Part shown: piece by piece, positions 1-13,954 of the stretch
How positions within the stretch are numbered: the first letter of the stretch is position 1
Layout: the number at the start of each line of letters is the position of its first letter
NCBI GenBank assembly: GCA_951406725.2
Contig: OX597825.1
Location: forward strand, 56,854,001 to 56,918,000
Source: Octopus vulgaris
Lineage: Eukaryota
Length of the DNA stretch: 64,000 nt
Reading direction: 5' to 3'
Notes under the pieces: generated by a model
The model's database searches: none
The model's input: the letters and a program-made list of their open reading frames with translations, nothing else
What the model was told of the DNA's origin: nothing
Program-made: the position numbers and the translations under genes

Positions 1-60
1 CCCACACATAACCCCACCCACATCACACGCATATCCCCACCCACCCACACACGCATAGTA

Positions 61-340
61 ATCCATGGAATTCGAATTGGGGGAATTAGGAGGCCAGAAT
101 TTCGGGCTGTTGAAGTCCGACAACCACTTCTCCGTGATATGGAAAGGATCGATCCAGATCCTGCAAGCGTACATTGGCCTTCAAGTAGCAACTCCCTCCA
201 GCTAGGGATTGATCAGTCTGCAGCAGCTTCGCCGTCTTAATTGAGCCTAAGACACTGTTCAACGACGTTAAACGAACTCCAGCGTGCAGATGCAGTGTCT
301 CTTCTTGTAGGCCACGGCTTCGTAGTCTTCGTCGCAGCTA
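61..340 (-). mobile_element. Decayed Tc1/mariner-superfamily transposase fragment
   Basis: Minus strand reads FWPPNSPNSNSMD, a degenerate WPPNSPDLNPxD motif. No intact ORF. Confidence 0.5.
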
Positions 341-1354
341 TCCATGTCATGTTTTACAGCCTTTACAGTGTTTAAAGAGCATTCTGCAACAGTCATGATG
401 TTGGCATTTTCAAAACTGACACGAATCATCATGATACAGGTAACTGTTTGCCAATATTCTGATGGCGTCAGCTATCTTTTTGTCAACTACAAATTTATGC
501 TCTCCAACCTCGTTGACTGTTCACCAATACATCAAGCTATTCCTAAAAAAAGGCATTAAAAATCGACAAACACACACACATACATACATGCATACATACA
601 TGTTAATACATGCATACATAATCATATCATCAGTAATTACCTAAAAATGTCTGCAAGTCACTCTGTCCCCAATGAAACATGGTACGATAGCCAAGACGGT
701 TTACAACGTGATGCATATATGCAAGGGCTTTCCGGCAGTCAGATCATAGTACATACATCCGAACCAGAAAATATGTTCAACACTTTAAAAATAAAGTATA
801 CTAGGGAAATATTCCAAAATCATGAGCACAGTGTAAGCACAACAGACAAAATAAGCTTATATATGGAAGGGAGCAAAAATCATGTATCGTTGTAGAGATC
901 AGCTACACAACGCATGTAAACGGCTCTTCAAAAATTAAGGGAAAGAACAGAATTGATAAGAAACCTATATCTCTTATAATGAGGCTTCAGATTCTCATTT
1001 GTTTTTAATCATATAGGTCACTGGATATAATCATAGGTCACTGGATTACCTAACAGCTGATTTGTATAGAAGCCTAGAAATGCTTGGATTCTTCAAAAAA
1101 TAAGGAACAGAGCAAAATGATTTGCATTCTCCAGATACAAATGATCAATGAAAAAAATTATAAAACATTTCAAGGTTTCTGCTTTTAAGTTGCTTAACCG
1201 AACATATGCCCACAACTAGATATACGTATGGAAATCGTGTACATGCACACACAGAGACAATTACAAAACATGCACTCTTGTGTTCTATTGTAACACACCC
1301 GCCCACGGAGGGAAGTTTATCCACACATATGCACATCCACACAATACGCACACA

Positions 1355-1577
1355 TACGAGGGGATGATGAAAAGTTCCTGGATTTAAGGGTATCGAGAAA
1401 GACCTGGCTGAAGGCCCAACCTTCCGAATTCTTTTACAAGGCTTATAAAAACTGAAGGACCGCTGCAATAAGTGTGTGAATCTGTGAGGAGGTTATGTTG
1501 AATAAAATCATAACTAACTGCTCCTCTTGTATTTTCTTTTACCCAAAGCCAGGAACTTTTCAGCACCCCACTCGTAT
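1355..1577. mobile_element. Mariner-derived MITE (second, inverted copy at about 6540-6737)
   Basis: TIRs tacgagggg..tgaaaagttcctgg / ccaggaactttt..cagcacccc..tcgta with TA ends. The same internal sequence recurs inverted at 6540-6737. Confidence 0.75.
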
Positions 1578-1900
1578 ATGCAGACATCAACAAAATCAGG
1601 TAACTACAAACACCAAGAACTGTCATGACTTAAGCAAAAGAGCCTTGTCATTTTGTTCGTGACCCGTCTGAATTCTGAAAAGGAAAAAAGAACTTAAAAT
1701 AAATCCCAAAGAAACATACATGTATATATGTATGCGTGTTAATGTAAGTTTTGTGTTAATGCAATGCGTGTGTTAATGATGTATGTGTGTTAAAGTGCTG
1801 TGTGTATTCAAGTAATTGATTTTTAATGTGATGCGTTTGTGTGCTAATGTGATGTATGAAAAAATCTAATGAATGTGTTAATGTAAATCATGTGTTCATA

Positions 1901-1944
<44 letters not shown>

Positions 1945-2110
1945 GCGATCTGTGTGCGTAAATGCAATGTAGTTACTAATATGAGTTAATGCGATGTATG
2001 TGTATTTTTTTAAATGTTGTGTATTAATGTGATGTATGCTTGTTAATGTGAGTGCCTCTTTGTTAATGTGAAGCGTGCATGTGTGTGTATATATACATTT
2101 TAATTCATAC

Positions 2111-2510
2111 CAAGGTAAGGTAAACTGTCGGAATTCGGCGGCAAGTTTTCGGTGATGACCAACTGGAAAACAGCAAGCGACAGCAAAACTGTGACACTGA
2201 CAGAGACTTTTTCTCCAGATTCTGGTGGCAGGAAGAATCCGATGAGCGTAATACCAGAAATAATCATACAGGGATAAATCAAATTGAGCAACTGAATGGC
2301 GGGTTTACGAGATAGTCGAATGGTAAAAACCACTTCTGAGAATGTATATTTGCAACAGGAATATAATCTTTGGTAAGAATTTATTGACAATTCCGCTAAT
2401 TGCCATTCACTACTTTTGACATAACTAGTCTTGTCTCCGTCGGTTTTGTTATTCATCACCATCACTTCGTTATCAGTGTAGGCCCATGATCCAAACGTCA
2501 GATTGCATAC
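2111..2510 (-). CDS. nAChR-like (Cys-loop) alpha-type subunit, 400-nt exon: end of Cys-loop, loops B/F/C, TM1, TM2, M2-M3 linker
   Basis: Acceptor ttcttttctttaccaag|GTA and donor CTT G|gtatga. Translation VCNLTFGSWAYTDNEV...EWQL...YSCCKYTFSEV...LNLIYPCMIISGITLIGFFLPPESGEKVSVSVTVLLSLAVFQLVITENLPPNSDSLPYLG. Vicinal cysteines, GEK motif and an alpha9/alpha10-like VFQL in TM2. Confidence 0.97.
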
Positions 2511-3497
2511 CTTGGTAAAGAAAAGAAGTAAATAAAAATATAATTATTTATTATGTCTGAGATTATAAATTTTCGGATTAATTAAAATGTTGTTGTTTAT
2601 GAATATTTTACATTGCATTTCGATCGGACTGTCATCGGGTGATTAACCATCTTCAATATAGGAGTTATTACACGTTGGTTTGAAATAAGAGTTTCGTTCG
2701 GTTCACACCCAGGAATAACATAAAAGAGCAGGGATAGAAAAGAAGAAACAGAGATGAAGAAGATAAGTTTAAGATAAGGTTCTTTGCATTTCATGTTGTG
2801 GTTGTTCTTCCTCTTAGCCTACTCTTAACTACCCACCTCCTCTTATTATTTCGTTTTGCTTCCTCTCACTTCAGCCTTTTATACTCGCTAAACGAATCGC
2901 ATTTGCCAATCTCCTCTTGAAGAGGGGGAGCCGAACTTACTGTAATATCTTTATGCGATTGGTCACCAGTTACATACCCATGACTTTTTGAATATATCAC
3001 CAGCAAATTATGATTATTGCGTAACTCCTGGTTTCCAGAAACAGCTGTCGAGTTAAGGACATTGCATAATTTCTCTATATTTTATTCTGTATTTATTGGG
3101 CTCCATATCAAACCTGACAGTGTTTTTCAGTGCGATTTGGATTTCTTTTATAGCCATACCTGACTCTGTGATCCTTACCCTAGTTGAAGAAGTCGGAGTT
3201 TCAGTTCAAATTCATTCGGGTACAACTATGTATTTTCTATAGTTAGCTGATCTAGCTCTCACCTATTCACTGTATATCCATTAATAAGATTGCAAATAAA
3301 ATATAGAGTAGATGTAGACTAAAGAAATATATTAAAAGATACTAAAATTATTTTTATAGTATGGGTCATCTGCAAATGAATAAAATTCGACACAAAAATA
3401 AATAGAATAGTACAAAACGTTAAGCAACATATTGGTTTTAATGTTTCGAGGGTGGTTGAAGAGAGTATTGAACGAAATAAATTAGTAGAATGAAGAT

Positions 3498-3930
3498 GGC
3501 AGGAGTGGCTGTGTGGTAAGTAGCTTGCTTACCAACCACATGGTTCCGGGTTCAGTCCCACTGTGTGACACCTTGGGCAAGTGTCTTATACTATAGCCTC
3601 GGGCCGACCAAAGCCTTGTGAGTGGATTTGGTAGACGGAAACTGAAAACAAGCCCGTCGTATATATGTATATATATATATATATATGCATGTGTTTGTAT
3701 ATGTTTGTGAGTCTGTTTGTCCCCCCCCCCCCCAACATCGCTTGACAACCGATGCTGGTGTGTTTACGTTCACATAACGTAGCGGTTCAGCAAAAGAGAC
3801 CAATAGAATAAGTACTAGGCTTCCAAAGAATAAGTCCTGGGGTCGATTTGCTCGACTAAAGGCGGTGCTCCAGCATCGCCGCAGTTAAATGACTGAAACA
3901 AGTAAAAGAGTAAAAGAGAGAGTAAAAGAG
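3498..3930 (+). mobile_element. tRNA-like SINE family A, full length, with internal microsatellite
   Basis: Head with A/B-box-like tggctgtgtggtaag...gggttcagtccc, central (TA)/(TG) tract, tail gtaaaaga repeats. Many homologous copies in the window. Confidence 0.85.
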
Positions 3931-4693
3931 TATGGCAATGGGCAAAATAGCCGTGAATTGGTAGAATAACAAGAGTTTCGGGGAAATTGGCGGTGGATTG
4001 GTAGAATGAATAAAGCATCAGACAAGATAGCGGCGGACTGATAGAATCATGAGAACATCGGATACGATATTTTATGTTATTTAGTTGTTCTGACTATGAA
4101 TCCACCTAAGTCATTTTAGCTTTTCGTCTTTTTGGTTTGTTATGGTTAAATACCAGTCATGTACTTATATCAATGTTATCTGGAAATGTGCGACATAGAC
4201 CGAACTGATGTCACCAGCATTCTGCGAGGGAATGGCCAAGGTCATAAGCACAATGTGTTCTACAGGCTAAGTCATAAAACAAGTTTTGTCACTACAATAA
4301 CACAACATAGTATCAATAAGATCGTGTACGACAGTCTGGTTGATAAAATGTTACACCAACGACATATTCAACATGAAAGCCTCTATGTAGTCACTACATA
4401 TGCAAGAAATAACAGCCGATTTTTTTCATCTTCTACCCTACCGTCTTAAAATAAACATGACCGCATTAGACAACATCATCCATCCTACAGGCTGTTAAAA
4501 CGAAGGAATGGCCACGGTCAGAATGCCTTTTAATCATAAGCCTGTTCCATGAAGACCAGCCTAGTGTTAAATGACAACATAGCTATATATATACATATAT
4601 GATATATATATATAAATATATATATATATCATATATGTATATATATAGCTATGTTGTCATTTAACACTATATATATATATATACATATGTATC

Positions 4694-4766
<73 letters not shown>

Positions 4767-5089
4767 GAAATATGGTATAAAAAGAAAATATAAAATACAT
4801 ATATATATATACACTTGATTATCTTGCTATGAGTATGACTCTGTGTAAATAGTAAAACAATATCATTAAATTTTCCAATAAATATAATGAAAATCACAAT
4901 TTTAATGTTACATTAATGATTATTCAAATATTAGAATATCTCATATATGTCTTAAATAAATATTTCACTTCCTTAATGTTTGTAATTGAAAATTAGATCT
5001 ACATATCCCCAAAATTATTAAAATAAGTGATAAATCAGTAGAACGATGGCTAAAATGCCTTCTAATATTTATTTCACCCCTTGTTATTA

Positions 5090-5545
5090 AAGGTATCAAG
5101 CTGGTAAAATAGTTCGCCTGTCGGAGAAAATGCCTTGCAATATTTGTTCCTATTCTTCACATTCCGAGTTCAAATCCCACCAAGGTTAACGTTGTCTTTC
5201 ATCTTTCTGGGCTTAATATAACAAAGTGCCAGTCGGGTATTGGTGCCAATGATAATGACTAACCCTGCTCTCCCCACAACATTTCTGGCCTTGTGCCTAT
5301 ATGAGAACCATTATCTGTAACGGTGACGAGCTGGTAGACTCTTACGAGTGTCAGAAAAAAATTATTTGCAGTATTTGTCCCAACTCTTTGCATTCTGAGT
5401 TCAAATCCCGCCAAAGTCAACTTTGTCTTTCATCACCCTGGGGTCGATCAATAAAATATCAGTCAAGAACTGGATCCATGAAATCGACTAACACCTCTTT
5501 TCAAATTTCACGCTTTGTGTCCAAATTAGGAACAGTTATCATTAT
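5090..5545 (+). mobile_element. Two adjacent diverged SINE family B copies
   Basis: Each has gagttcaaatcccrcca...ctttcatc, homologous to 11093-11308. Confidence 0.65.
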
Positions 5546-6161
5546 TGCTACAATTGGTGGTAGTGGTGGGGTATTCTCTAAACCAGTTCTCCACGAAAAA
5601 AATAACTTTTAACCTGGTTATCTATTGAAAATAAAATCAGATGGTAGAACTTACAGCACGAAAAGTTTTCACAATATTTGAACATCAAACCCAATAATTC
5701 TGGGGTGGAGAATAAAGGTTCGTCGAAGCATTGTTGTCCATTTGACGTATTTATCTGCTTTACAAGTTTGACGCCTCACAAGTAGGAGAAAAAGATGCTC
5801 ACCAAAGAGGTAAGTTCAGTAGGAAACGATGCTCACCAAACAATAGTCTCGATCGGATGAGATGCTCTGCCTCAGTTATTTCAATCATGAAAATAGGTTT
5901 TAAACCAAAAAAAAAACAGCTAGGCTATACAAACTGCCTCAACGGTGCTAAACAGGCAACAAATGCTTAGCTCAACTCCTAAACTGTAAACCTTATTTGG
6001 GAACATATATGGCCAATTTCCTTGAACTTAAAATAGATGTTTGACTTGCTCCTTAGATTCCACTATATAAATTGTATCGTAATTATGTACAAGTCATATA
6101 TGTCAGTTAATAAGCTATTAAAATATGATTTGCTTAATTACTCCGTTATTTATAATGTTTA

Positions 6162-6376
6162 AGGCGGCAAGCTGGTAGAATCGTTAGCATACCGGGCAGA
6201 ATGCTTGGCGGAATTTCGTGTCTTTACATTCCGAGTTCAAATTCCGCCAAGGCGACTTTGCCTATCATCCTTTCGGGAATCGATAAAATAAGTACTAGTT
6301 GAGCACTGAGGTCAATGTAATTGATTTGAGCCCTCCCCCGAAACTGCTAGCTTTGTGCCAAAATTTGAAACCATTG
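6162..6376 (+). mobile_element. SINE family B
   Basis: aggcggcaagctggtagaatcgttagc...gagttcaaattccgcc...; homologous to 11093-11308. Confidence 0.75.
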
Positions 6377-9300
6377 TTTATAATGTTTACGTGAAGCATA
6401 ATCTCTTCTTGTTAATTTATTTCCACTTACCAACGGAGCGTACATCTCCTACACATCGGTTACGGCCTCCAACAACTCCTGCATTGAGATTGTATGAAAG
6501 CTTTGTGTATTTGTGCCAAAATAGAGCTACAAGTATGTAATGAAAAGTTCCTGGCTTTGGGTAAAAGAAAATACAGGAGGATCAGCTAATTATGATTTTA
6601 TTCAAGATATTCCCCTCTCAGATTCACACGCTTATAGCAGCGGTCCCTCAGCTTTTCTAAGCCCTGTAAAGGAACTTGGAAGGTTGAGCCTTTCGCAATA
6701 CCCTTAAAGCCAGAAACTTTTCAGAAGCCCCTCCTATATCAACTACCTCCTCGTCCTTAGATAAATTCTATACTCTGACTATCCTTTGTCACACATCTCT
6801 TACATTCCTTTTTTGTTTGGAATTTACCGATGTCCGATATCTCCTTTCGGCTTAATATCCGTAAATTATGAGTTTCTGTTGTTATTGGTGGCACTTTTAA
6901 TGTTGTATAACTTTGCGTTTTCACTTGTCAAGTTGTGACTTTGTCTCTATGTCCGTTTCACTGTCAGTTTTAGGCTTATTGCTTTGTTTAATCCGTTTTT
7001 GTTTCGTTTTTCTTCTTTTTTTTTTCTCAGACATTTTGAGGTCGTATTAAATTACTAGTAAACAAAGTAAAATAGATGTTTTCAAAAGATAGACGAAAAT
7101 TAAAATAGCTACGAACGAACAGGGAAGGCCTCCAAATAATACGGGGTCATTTGTTGGTAAACAAACCCAAAAACTGTTTTTCCATGAGAGAATATTGAAA
7201 GAAAATATATTCTAAGTGAAGAGCTATGAAATTGCGTGTGTCTGCTTCAAAGAATAACGAAAATAACAATCACCATTTCTACAAAACTATCGCCTTAAAC
7301 TCATTGCTAAAAAATGCATTTGCTGAAAATTTTAAAATGTGTTCTTCAAAAATATCCTAACAAAAGCAAGTAATACAAATAAATCGGTTAAAATCATCCT
7401 GTGGACTGTAAAAAAATGCCTCTTTAATTACAGTTAAATCTTAATTAAGTTCCAATTACAATATATTGTTATCATCCTTCTCTAAAATAACCAAATGATT
7501 AATTTAAGATATTAACACGTTTGTGTTAAATCTAACAGGAGAGGGTCTCCATGGTGATTACTATGACAAAACTAAATAAACAAACTAGCAAGATCAAAAC
7601 TGAAAGACTGCCATTGTCAGATGCACATTTTTTTCCTCTATGAGCACAAACTTCATAAATAAGTGTTTGCTTATTGATGTGTTGCATGATTTTTATTGCA
7701 CACTTATTGTCAAATCTATATCTATATGATACTTCTACGCAAACACGTATCATCTAATTATAGGACAGGAGTTGCCTAGCTGCCTGGTACTTGAAAGAAA
7801 TCCCGATATTGTAATCATTCTATCGTCAGAGTTGTATATTCGCTCTACAAAATCGCTCTAGATTGAATGATTTCTTTTTTTTTACTAAAGTATTTTACAT
7901 AATTTTTATATTTCAGAAGCATCATTGCTAATAATAAAACCTATAAACATTCATCGGTTATTGTTTGTCTATATTTCTCTTCTTTCTCAAGAGCAGTTGT
8001 TGTACGTCTATATTCCTAAAAATAGCTTTCACCCTATCAACTTTCGGATTTTTAAATACATACATATTTTTCAAATCCCTGCTGAGATGTAGCAACAGTG
8101 AAAGCAGTTTAAAATCAAGCATTTGGAAATATGTATCCATTGAAAAGATCAAAGGTTGACGGAGAAAAAATTATTTGTTGGGATATAGACGAACAATAAC
8201 TGCTTTGGAACAGGGAGAAAGCAACAAACAACTAATGTGTGCTTATTGACTTCATTAACCATGACTCTGCTGAAATACAAAAATATCTTAATAAACGTGG
8301 ATATATTAATTAACGTAGATATCTTAATTAACGTAGATATATTGTCGGAAGCCAGAAACTGCGGTATTCGTCTCGAAAAAGCATCTCAGAGCTATATAGA
8401 GCTAAGTAAGTATACCAGTAGCAGACGAAAAGAGTCGAACAGCGGTGGCGGAACGGCCAAATCTAGATTTCTATTTCCTTGAACATCATCAATAGTAGAT
8501 ATTCACTGGTAGCTACATACTTAAACAAAGTTAACCTCTATTGATTATAGAAAAACAGTCATTAATAAATCACTGGCGTCGCAAATAGCCGGCTGCAGGG
8601 GGAAAATTTGTTATTAGTAACAATATCATGACAAAATTGTTGCAAAATACATTCAAAATTGAATGCTACGTAATCATTATCACACAGTTACTGTCAACTT
8701 TCACATTAGGTGGTACAGTCCAAATATACGACATTTATTTATGCAATCAGACTACAAAGCTCATACAGTTTTGACCGTACGGAATCTCGGTTATAATCGC
8801 AGAACATTAGTTGTCAGAGCTATAGTCTTTCTTTAAGAGTTCTACTTTTAGAACTAATACTGATGGTGTTTCTTTTGTGGTTGTTTCGCCCTAAGCCAGC
8901 CCTGAATGTGTATTTTCATCAAGTCAGTATACCCTATAATGGCTCTGTCGCTGGCTCGCTTCCAGAATTAATCAACTTGTTTCCTGTGCGGAGTGTTACA
9001 TGATTATTATTTCGTACACTTATTATCAAACTTATGCTACCGGATGATTAAATTTGTGATCGATTCTACACAGATTTATACAAATCAGAGGGGAAAAAAA
9101 ACACATGCAGTGCTGACTGCACCAAAATTTGATCGAATGTCCGATTATTCAGTTATCACATTGACATGTTCTCTTTCAGAAGAGTGAAGGAGAGACTGGA
9201 TTAAAAGAGCTTTTTGAGAGTAAGGGTAAATAAGATGTATTATTATTACGGAAAATTAATTAACTCTGTGGCTGTGTGTTGTGTTATATTAAGGAAAGAT

Positions 9301-9528
9301 CAGAATAGAAAGATTATATTATGTAAACAAAGGACAAAACTATCAAATATAAGTTTATTAATGTACACGTTTGTTAGCAGCAATTTATCATGATGTTTTT
9401 ATGTTTGTTTTTATGTTTGCCTGTTTAATAGAGAACAGAACTAAAAAGTTCCTTAAGTGGGGTGAGAAGGCCAGCAGAAGAAATATGAAAACTGGACTGA
9501 TGAGAATGTAAATCATGGCTTCAGATGC

Positions 9529-9590
<62 letters not shown>

Positions 9591-9605
9591 GCATCTGAAG
9601 CCATG

Positions 9606-9640
<35 letters not shown>

Positions 9641-9892
9641 TCTGAAGCCATGATTTATATATATATATATATATATATATATGCATGTATGTATGTATAT
9701 ACATATAATATATATATACATATATGCATACATACATACGTACATTATATATATATACATCTTACGTATATATGTGTATGTGTGCATGTATATAAATATA
9801 TATGTATATATGTATATATGTGTGTATATATATACATATATACATATATATTTATAATTATTTATACATATATATATATATGTATGTATATA

Positions 9893-10035
<143 letters not shown>

Positions 10036-11092
10036 AGGCAAAAATAAAATCATCTATTTATATATATATATATTAGTGTAAAAGTTGTAAAATATATTAG
10101 ATATATATTTTATGAAATTTAAACATTATCTGTTGTAGAACTTGATACGCTGGTTAGACTGGATTCATGTGTTTATGATATCAAAATTCTGAGTCTATTC
10201 AGAGTTTCAACCCGAGCCGGACTGTTTACGAAACACCTCCATGGGGATTCCTTTGACGCCCATATTCCTTCCAAATTCTTCTTCTCTTGAAATTGGTCCT
10301 CCATTAATTTTTATTTTACTTACACCCAGTTCTTGATAAAGAAAAAAATATTTTGGAGTTGAAGTCTGACTGTGTCTTTCATTTCTAATCAAACGGTAGT
10401 GTTGTACTAATCTTGGTGACTTAGTAAATATTAGCATTACTACTTTTAGTTTAGAAATAAAGGCACCTAGTTCCAATTCCATCCGTGTCATTTTTTTCTC
10501 CTCTGCTTTCGCGGATTCCCATGACTCTCTGTAGCCATCCGATTCAGCGGAATATGAACTCAGAACATAACGGCAGTCGAAATACGGCTACGCATTTCGC
10601 CCGGCGTTTCTGCCAGCTCGCCTCGCGTGGTGATCCTGACCATTGGTCTTCTAGGATTCCTCCGCTCAGCATCAACGTAAGAAGTACCGTTGGCTCAGCT
10701 GATCTCTTCTACTACTTCACAATCCGCCATGCTGCAGTCCTATGATTTCGCAGTATCCCTGGCAGTGCGGCTGAACCGGTGCTATGCCTTGCCAAAGGGC
10801 ACGGTCGTTTCTCAAAATACCCACATACTCATCTATCTACGTGTCTATCTACGTTCATGACCAACGATATATAGAAATTATTCTAAGTATACTAACTAGA
10901 AGTTAATAGACAGGAAAATTACAATTAATACTCAGAACAATTACCTTTACTTTCCTTCTTCTTGCTGAGGCTGTTGTTTAGATGAGAATCGCCTCGATTC
11001 AAATAAATTTATAACCAAAGTATTTTCAGCTGACACCATCTCATCTATTTTAAGATATGTCCTTTAAATTATTCCTTAAACTATATCTCTTA

Positions 11093-11308
11093 AGGCGGCG
11101 AGCTGGCAGAAACGTTAGCACGCCGGGCGAAATGCGTAGCCGTATTTCGTCTGCCGTTACGTTCTGAGTTCAAATTCCGCCGAGGTCGACTTTGCCTTTC
11201 ATCCTTTCGGGGTCGATAAATTAAGTACCAGTTACGCACTGGGGTCGATATAATTGACTTAATCCGTTTGTCTGTCCTTTTTTAGCCCCTTGTGGGTAGT
11301 AAAGAAAT
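11093..11308 (+). mobile_element. SINE family B, young copy
   Basis: aggcggcgagctggcagaaacgttagcacgccgggcg...gagttcaaattccgccgaggtcgac; close match to 48845-49248. Confidence 0.85.
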
Positions 11309-11574
11309 GTATATCTCTTAAATTTCACCCAACTAAGTTATTGACTGTTATTTCTAGCAGCAAGGATAACCACGTTTAGGCTCCCACTTAAAGTCGTTTC
11401 TGTTTTGATGGGGGGGAAGAAGGTGGGATAGTTTGCTTGTATGTTTTTGTTGTTGTTTGTTTTTGTTTTGAACGTTTTAATGTAGTTACTACTCGTGTGA
11501 CATTGCATGACTTTCGTGACCAGCCACCATTCTCAAACAATAAGAAATGTTTAAAAGAAATCACAAAGACTTAC

Positions 11575-11713
11575 TTGTTGATCGAAGGGAAAATGTTTTA
11601 TATCGATCTGGCACACAGATTTCAAAACTGACGGAAAGTTGTATTTCACAGTCCCATCATGGAAAACCCTGGCTCTGTAGTATTCTTTGATGCCTTTCAA
11701 TACGTATTCCGAG
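11575..11713 (-). CDS. Same receptor, 139-nt exon: loop E and first part of the Cys-loop
   Basis: Acceptor ttctttactctcttattcatccag|C and donor CAA|gtaagt. Translation (N)SEYVLKGIKEYYRARVFHDGTVKYNFPSVLKSVCQIDIKHFPFDQQ. Phase-0 join to the 2510 exon gives C-x13-C (CQIDIKHFPFDQQVC). Not in the ORF track. Confidence 0.96.
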
Positions 11714-11749
11714 CTGGATGAATAAGAGAGTAAAGAAAAATTGTTTCTT

Positions 11750-11829
11750 TATCATTGTTATTATTATTATTACTATTTTTATCATCATCATCATCGTTAT
11801 TATTATCATCATCCTCATCATCATTGTTT

Positions 11830-11905
<76 letters not shown>

Positions 11906-11945
11906 CATTATTATTATTATTATTATTATTATTGTTATCATTGAT
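11750..11945. repeat. (ATT/ATC)n trinucleotide microsatellite just upstream of the 11713 splice acceptor
   Basis: Directly visible; source of the poly-I/poly-Y/poly-L pseudo-ORFs. Confidence 0.95.
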
Positions 11946-12244
11946 AGTATCATTTCAAAATCTTATTTACTATTTCCAATAACACATGTTCTATACTTAC
12001 ACAAGCGCACACAGCCATGTGTGTGTGTGTATGTATGTGTGTGTGTGAGTGTGTGTGTGTGTGTGTGTGTATGTGTGTGTTACTGACTAAAAGCGACAAG
12101 CAGTGAGTGAGAGAAAAACTTGGTACCAGTTCAAATATGTTAGAAAGATATTTGAACCTTTCTTAAGGGTTCAAATACCATTCAAATATACTTGAACTGC
12201 TACCAAGTAATATATATACATATACACACATATATATGTGTGTA

Positions 12245-12276
<32 letters not shown>

Positions 12277-12339
12277 CGCACACACAAACATATACATATA
12301 TAAATATACATATATATATGTGTGTGTGTGTGTGTGTGT

Positions 12340-12424
<85 letters not shown>

Positions 12425-12879
12425 CAGACAGACAAACTGACAGACTTATACATATATATATAGGTATATATTTTTTATTAATGTTTAGCAGAATCAACAG
12501 AGTAACTCAAGGTCCGAGAGTTTCATGCATTGGCACTTATCAAACTAGTTGCAGATCGAACCGACGATAATAATATTTCCCTGGATAGTTCTAGAACAAA
12601 TTATATAAACAATTACAAAGTGACGTGAATAATTCAAATTTTCCAAATAGTTTTCTCGTTATTTCGTTCAATAAGAAAATACATAAATATAGGAAAATTC
12701 GTGCATATTTACACACACACATAGAAGCGAGTGTTGTTATGCTGTATATCTGTACACATACACTTGTACATGTATATTCATACTCGAATGTGCATAATTA
12801 AGGATGTGCATCTCATCTAAAATGGAGCCGAGTACAAACGTTCCTATGTGGCAGGCATGATAATTGGTAGGAGATTCCT

Positions 12880-13700
12880 CTGCATGAAACTTTTGGTATC
12901 CTACATGAAACTCTTGGTATCCAGCTGATTCAGGATTTATTGATGCTCGTTTGCTAGGTTTTGAGTCAACTAGTTTCTGCAGAGCATGCTTCATTTTATT
13001 TTTTGTTTCATGCGAAAGAGGTGAGTAAAAAAATGCAAGCTCCACAAGCTCCTCAGAGACGTACCACAAATGTCTCAAAAACTTATTGAGTGCAGTACTT
13101 GCAATTTTGTCGTCCTTTTCATTGTAGAACTGCAGATTTTGCACAAAATGCAAATCTGAATGGGGGGGACGCATAAGGGTATGAATGCCCGGTACCACGA
13201 TCTGATGTATATCGCAGCTGAAAAGCAGCAAACATCTCAGTCTTTTTCTTCTCTCTCGATTAGTTTAAACTGAGATTTAAACATCCAAATTTTAATGCAG
13301 TAAATTAGCTTGGTCATCCATCGTGCTCTGTGATAAGCTCCGGGTGCTTTAAAGCTGATTCCTGACTTGGGGGTACTACCGAGGAAAATGAGCGTTAGCT
13401 CGAGCAATTCTTGTAGTCGTCACGAGGCTGCTGTTCATCAAGCTGAGTTTGAGCAAATTGAATGATTTCTTCAGCATCTGGGATTTTCTCTACAATGTTA
13501 GGGTCATCTGTTGCTGTTTGGTAATTGTTCTTGTCAATTTCCACCCACTTTGATTTGAATCTCAAACAGTTCTATACCCGGGCCAGTAGAAGATAGCAAG
13601 GAGACAGAAAATATACAATAAATACAAACTGAAAAATAACAATATACAAAAAGTTCGGTAGATGGTAGCAACCTCTAAAATGTCTTCGATTGTGCTAATA
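12880..13700 (-). pseudogene. Decayed DNA transposase, probably hAT-like (hATm / Cc8K15.2-like)
   Basis: Minus-strand fragments QPRDDY, APGAYHRARWMTKLIYCIKI and RHLWYVSEELVELAFF in different frames. The family assignment is from recalled motifs. Confidence 0.6.
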
Positions 13701-13907
13701 TTTTGAACGTTGAGTTTTTGAACTAAATTAAATATAATTAGAGGGTGTCTTCAAGTTTTTGAAATAGTAAGTTATTTTGCATCACCCTAACATGTATATA
13801 TATATATATATATACAATAAGAGGCTTCCAAATAGGAACGCGTTGTGCTATATGAATGATATATAGTCTAATGACTAATTCGTTTTTTGTTCTAGGCCAC
13901 TGGTAAT

Positions 13908-13954
<47 letters not shown>

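Noticed and set aside
1607-1675. Strong minus-strand acceptor (ttttttccttttcag) as a candidate TM3 exon
   Set aside because: The in-phase translation (EFRRVTNKMTRLFCLSHDSSWCL*) is not transmembrane and stops. TM3/TM4 probably lie left of the window; a cryptic terminal exon cannot be excluded.
2941-3060. Open minus-strand frame ending at a gtaagt donor
   Set aside because: No receptor similarity, and the Cys-loop is already completed by the 11575 and 2510 exons.
8283-8345. 18-bp tandem triplet (ILINVD x3) within an 81-aa ORF
   Set aside because: A short local tandem duplication with no coding evidence.
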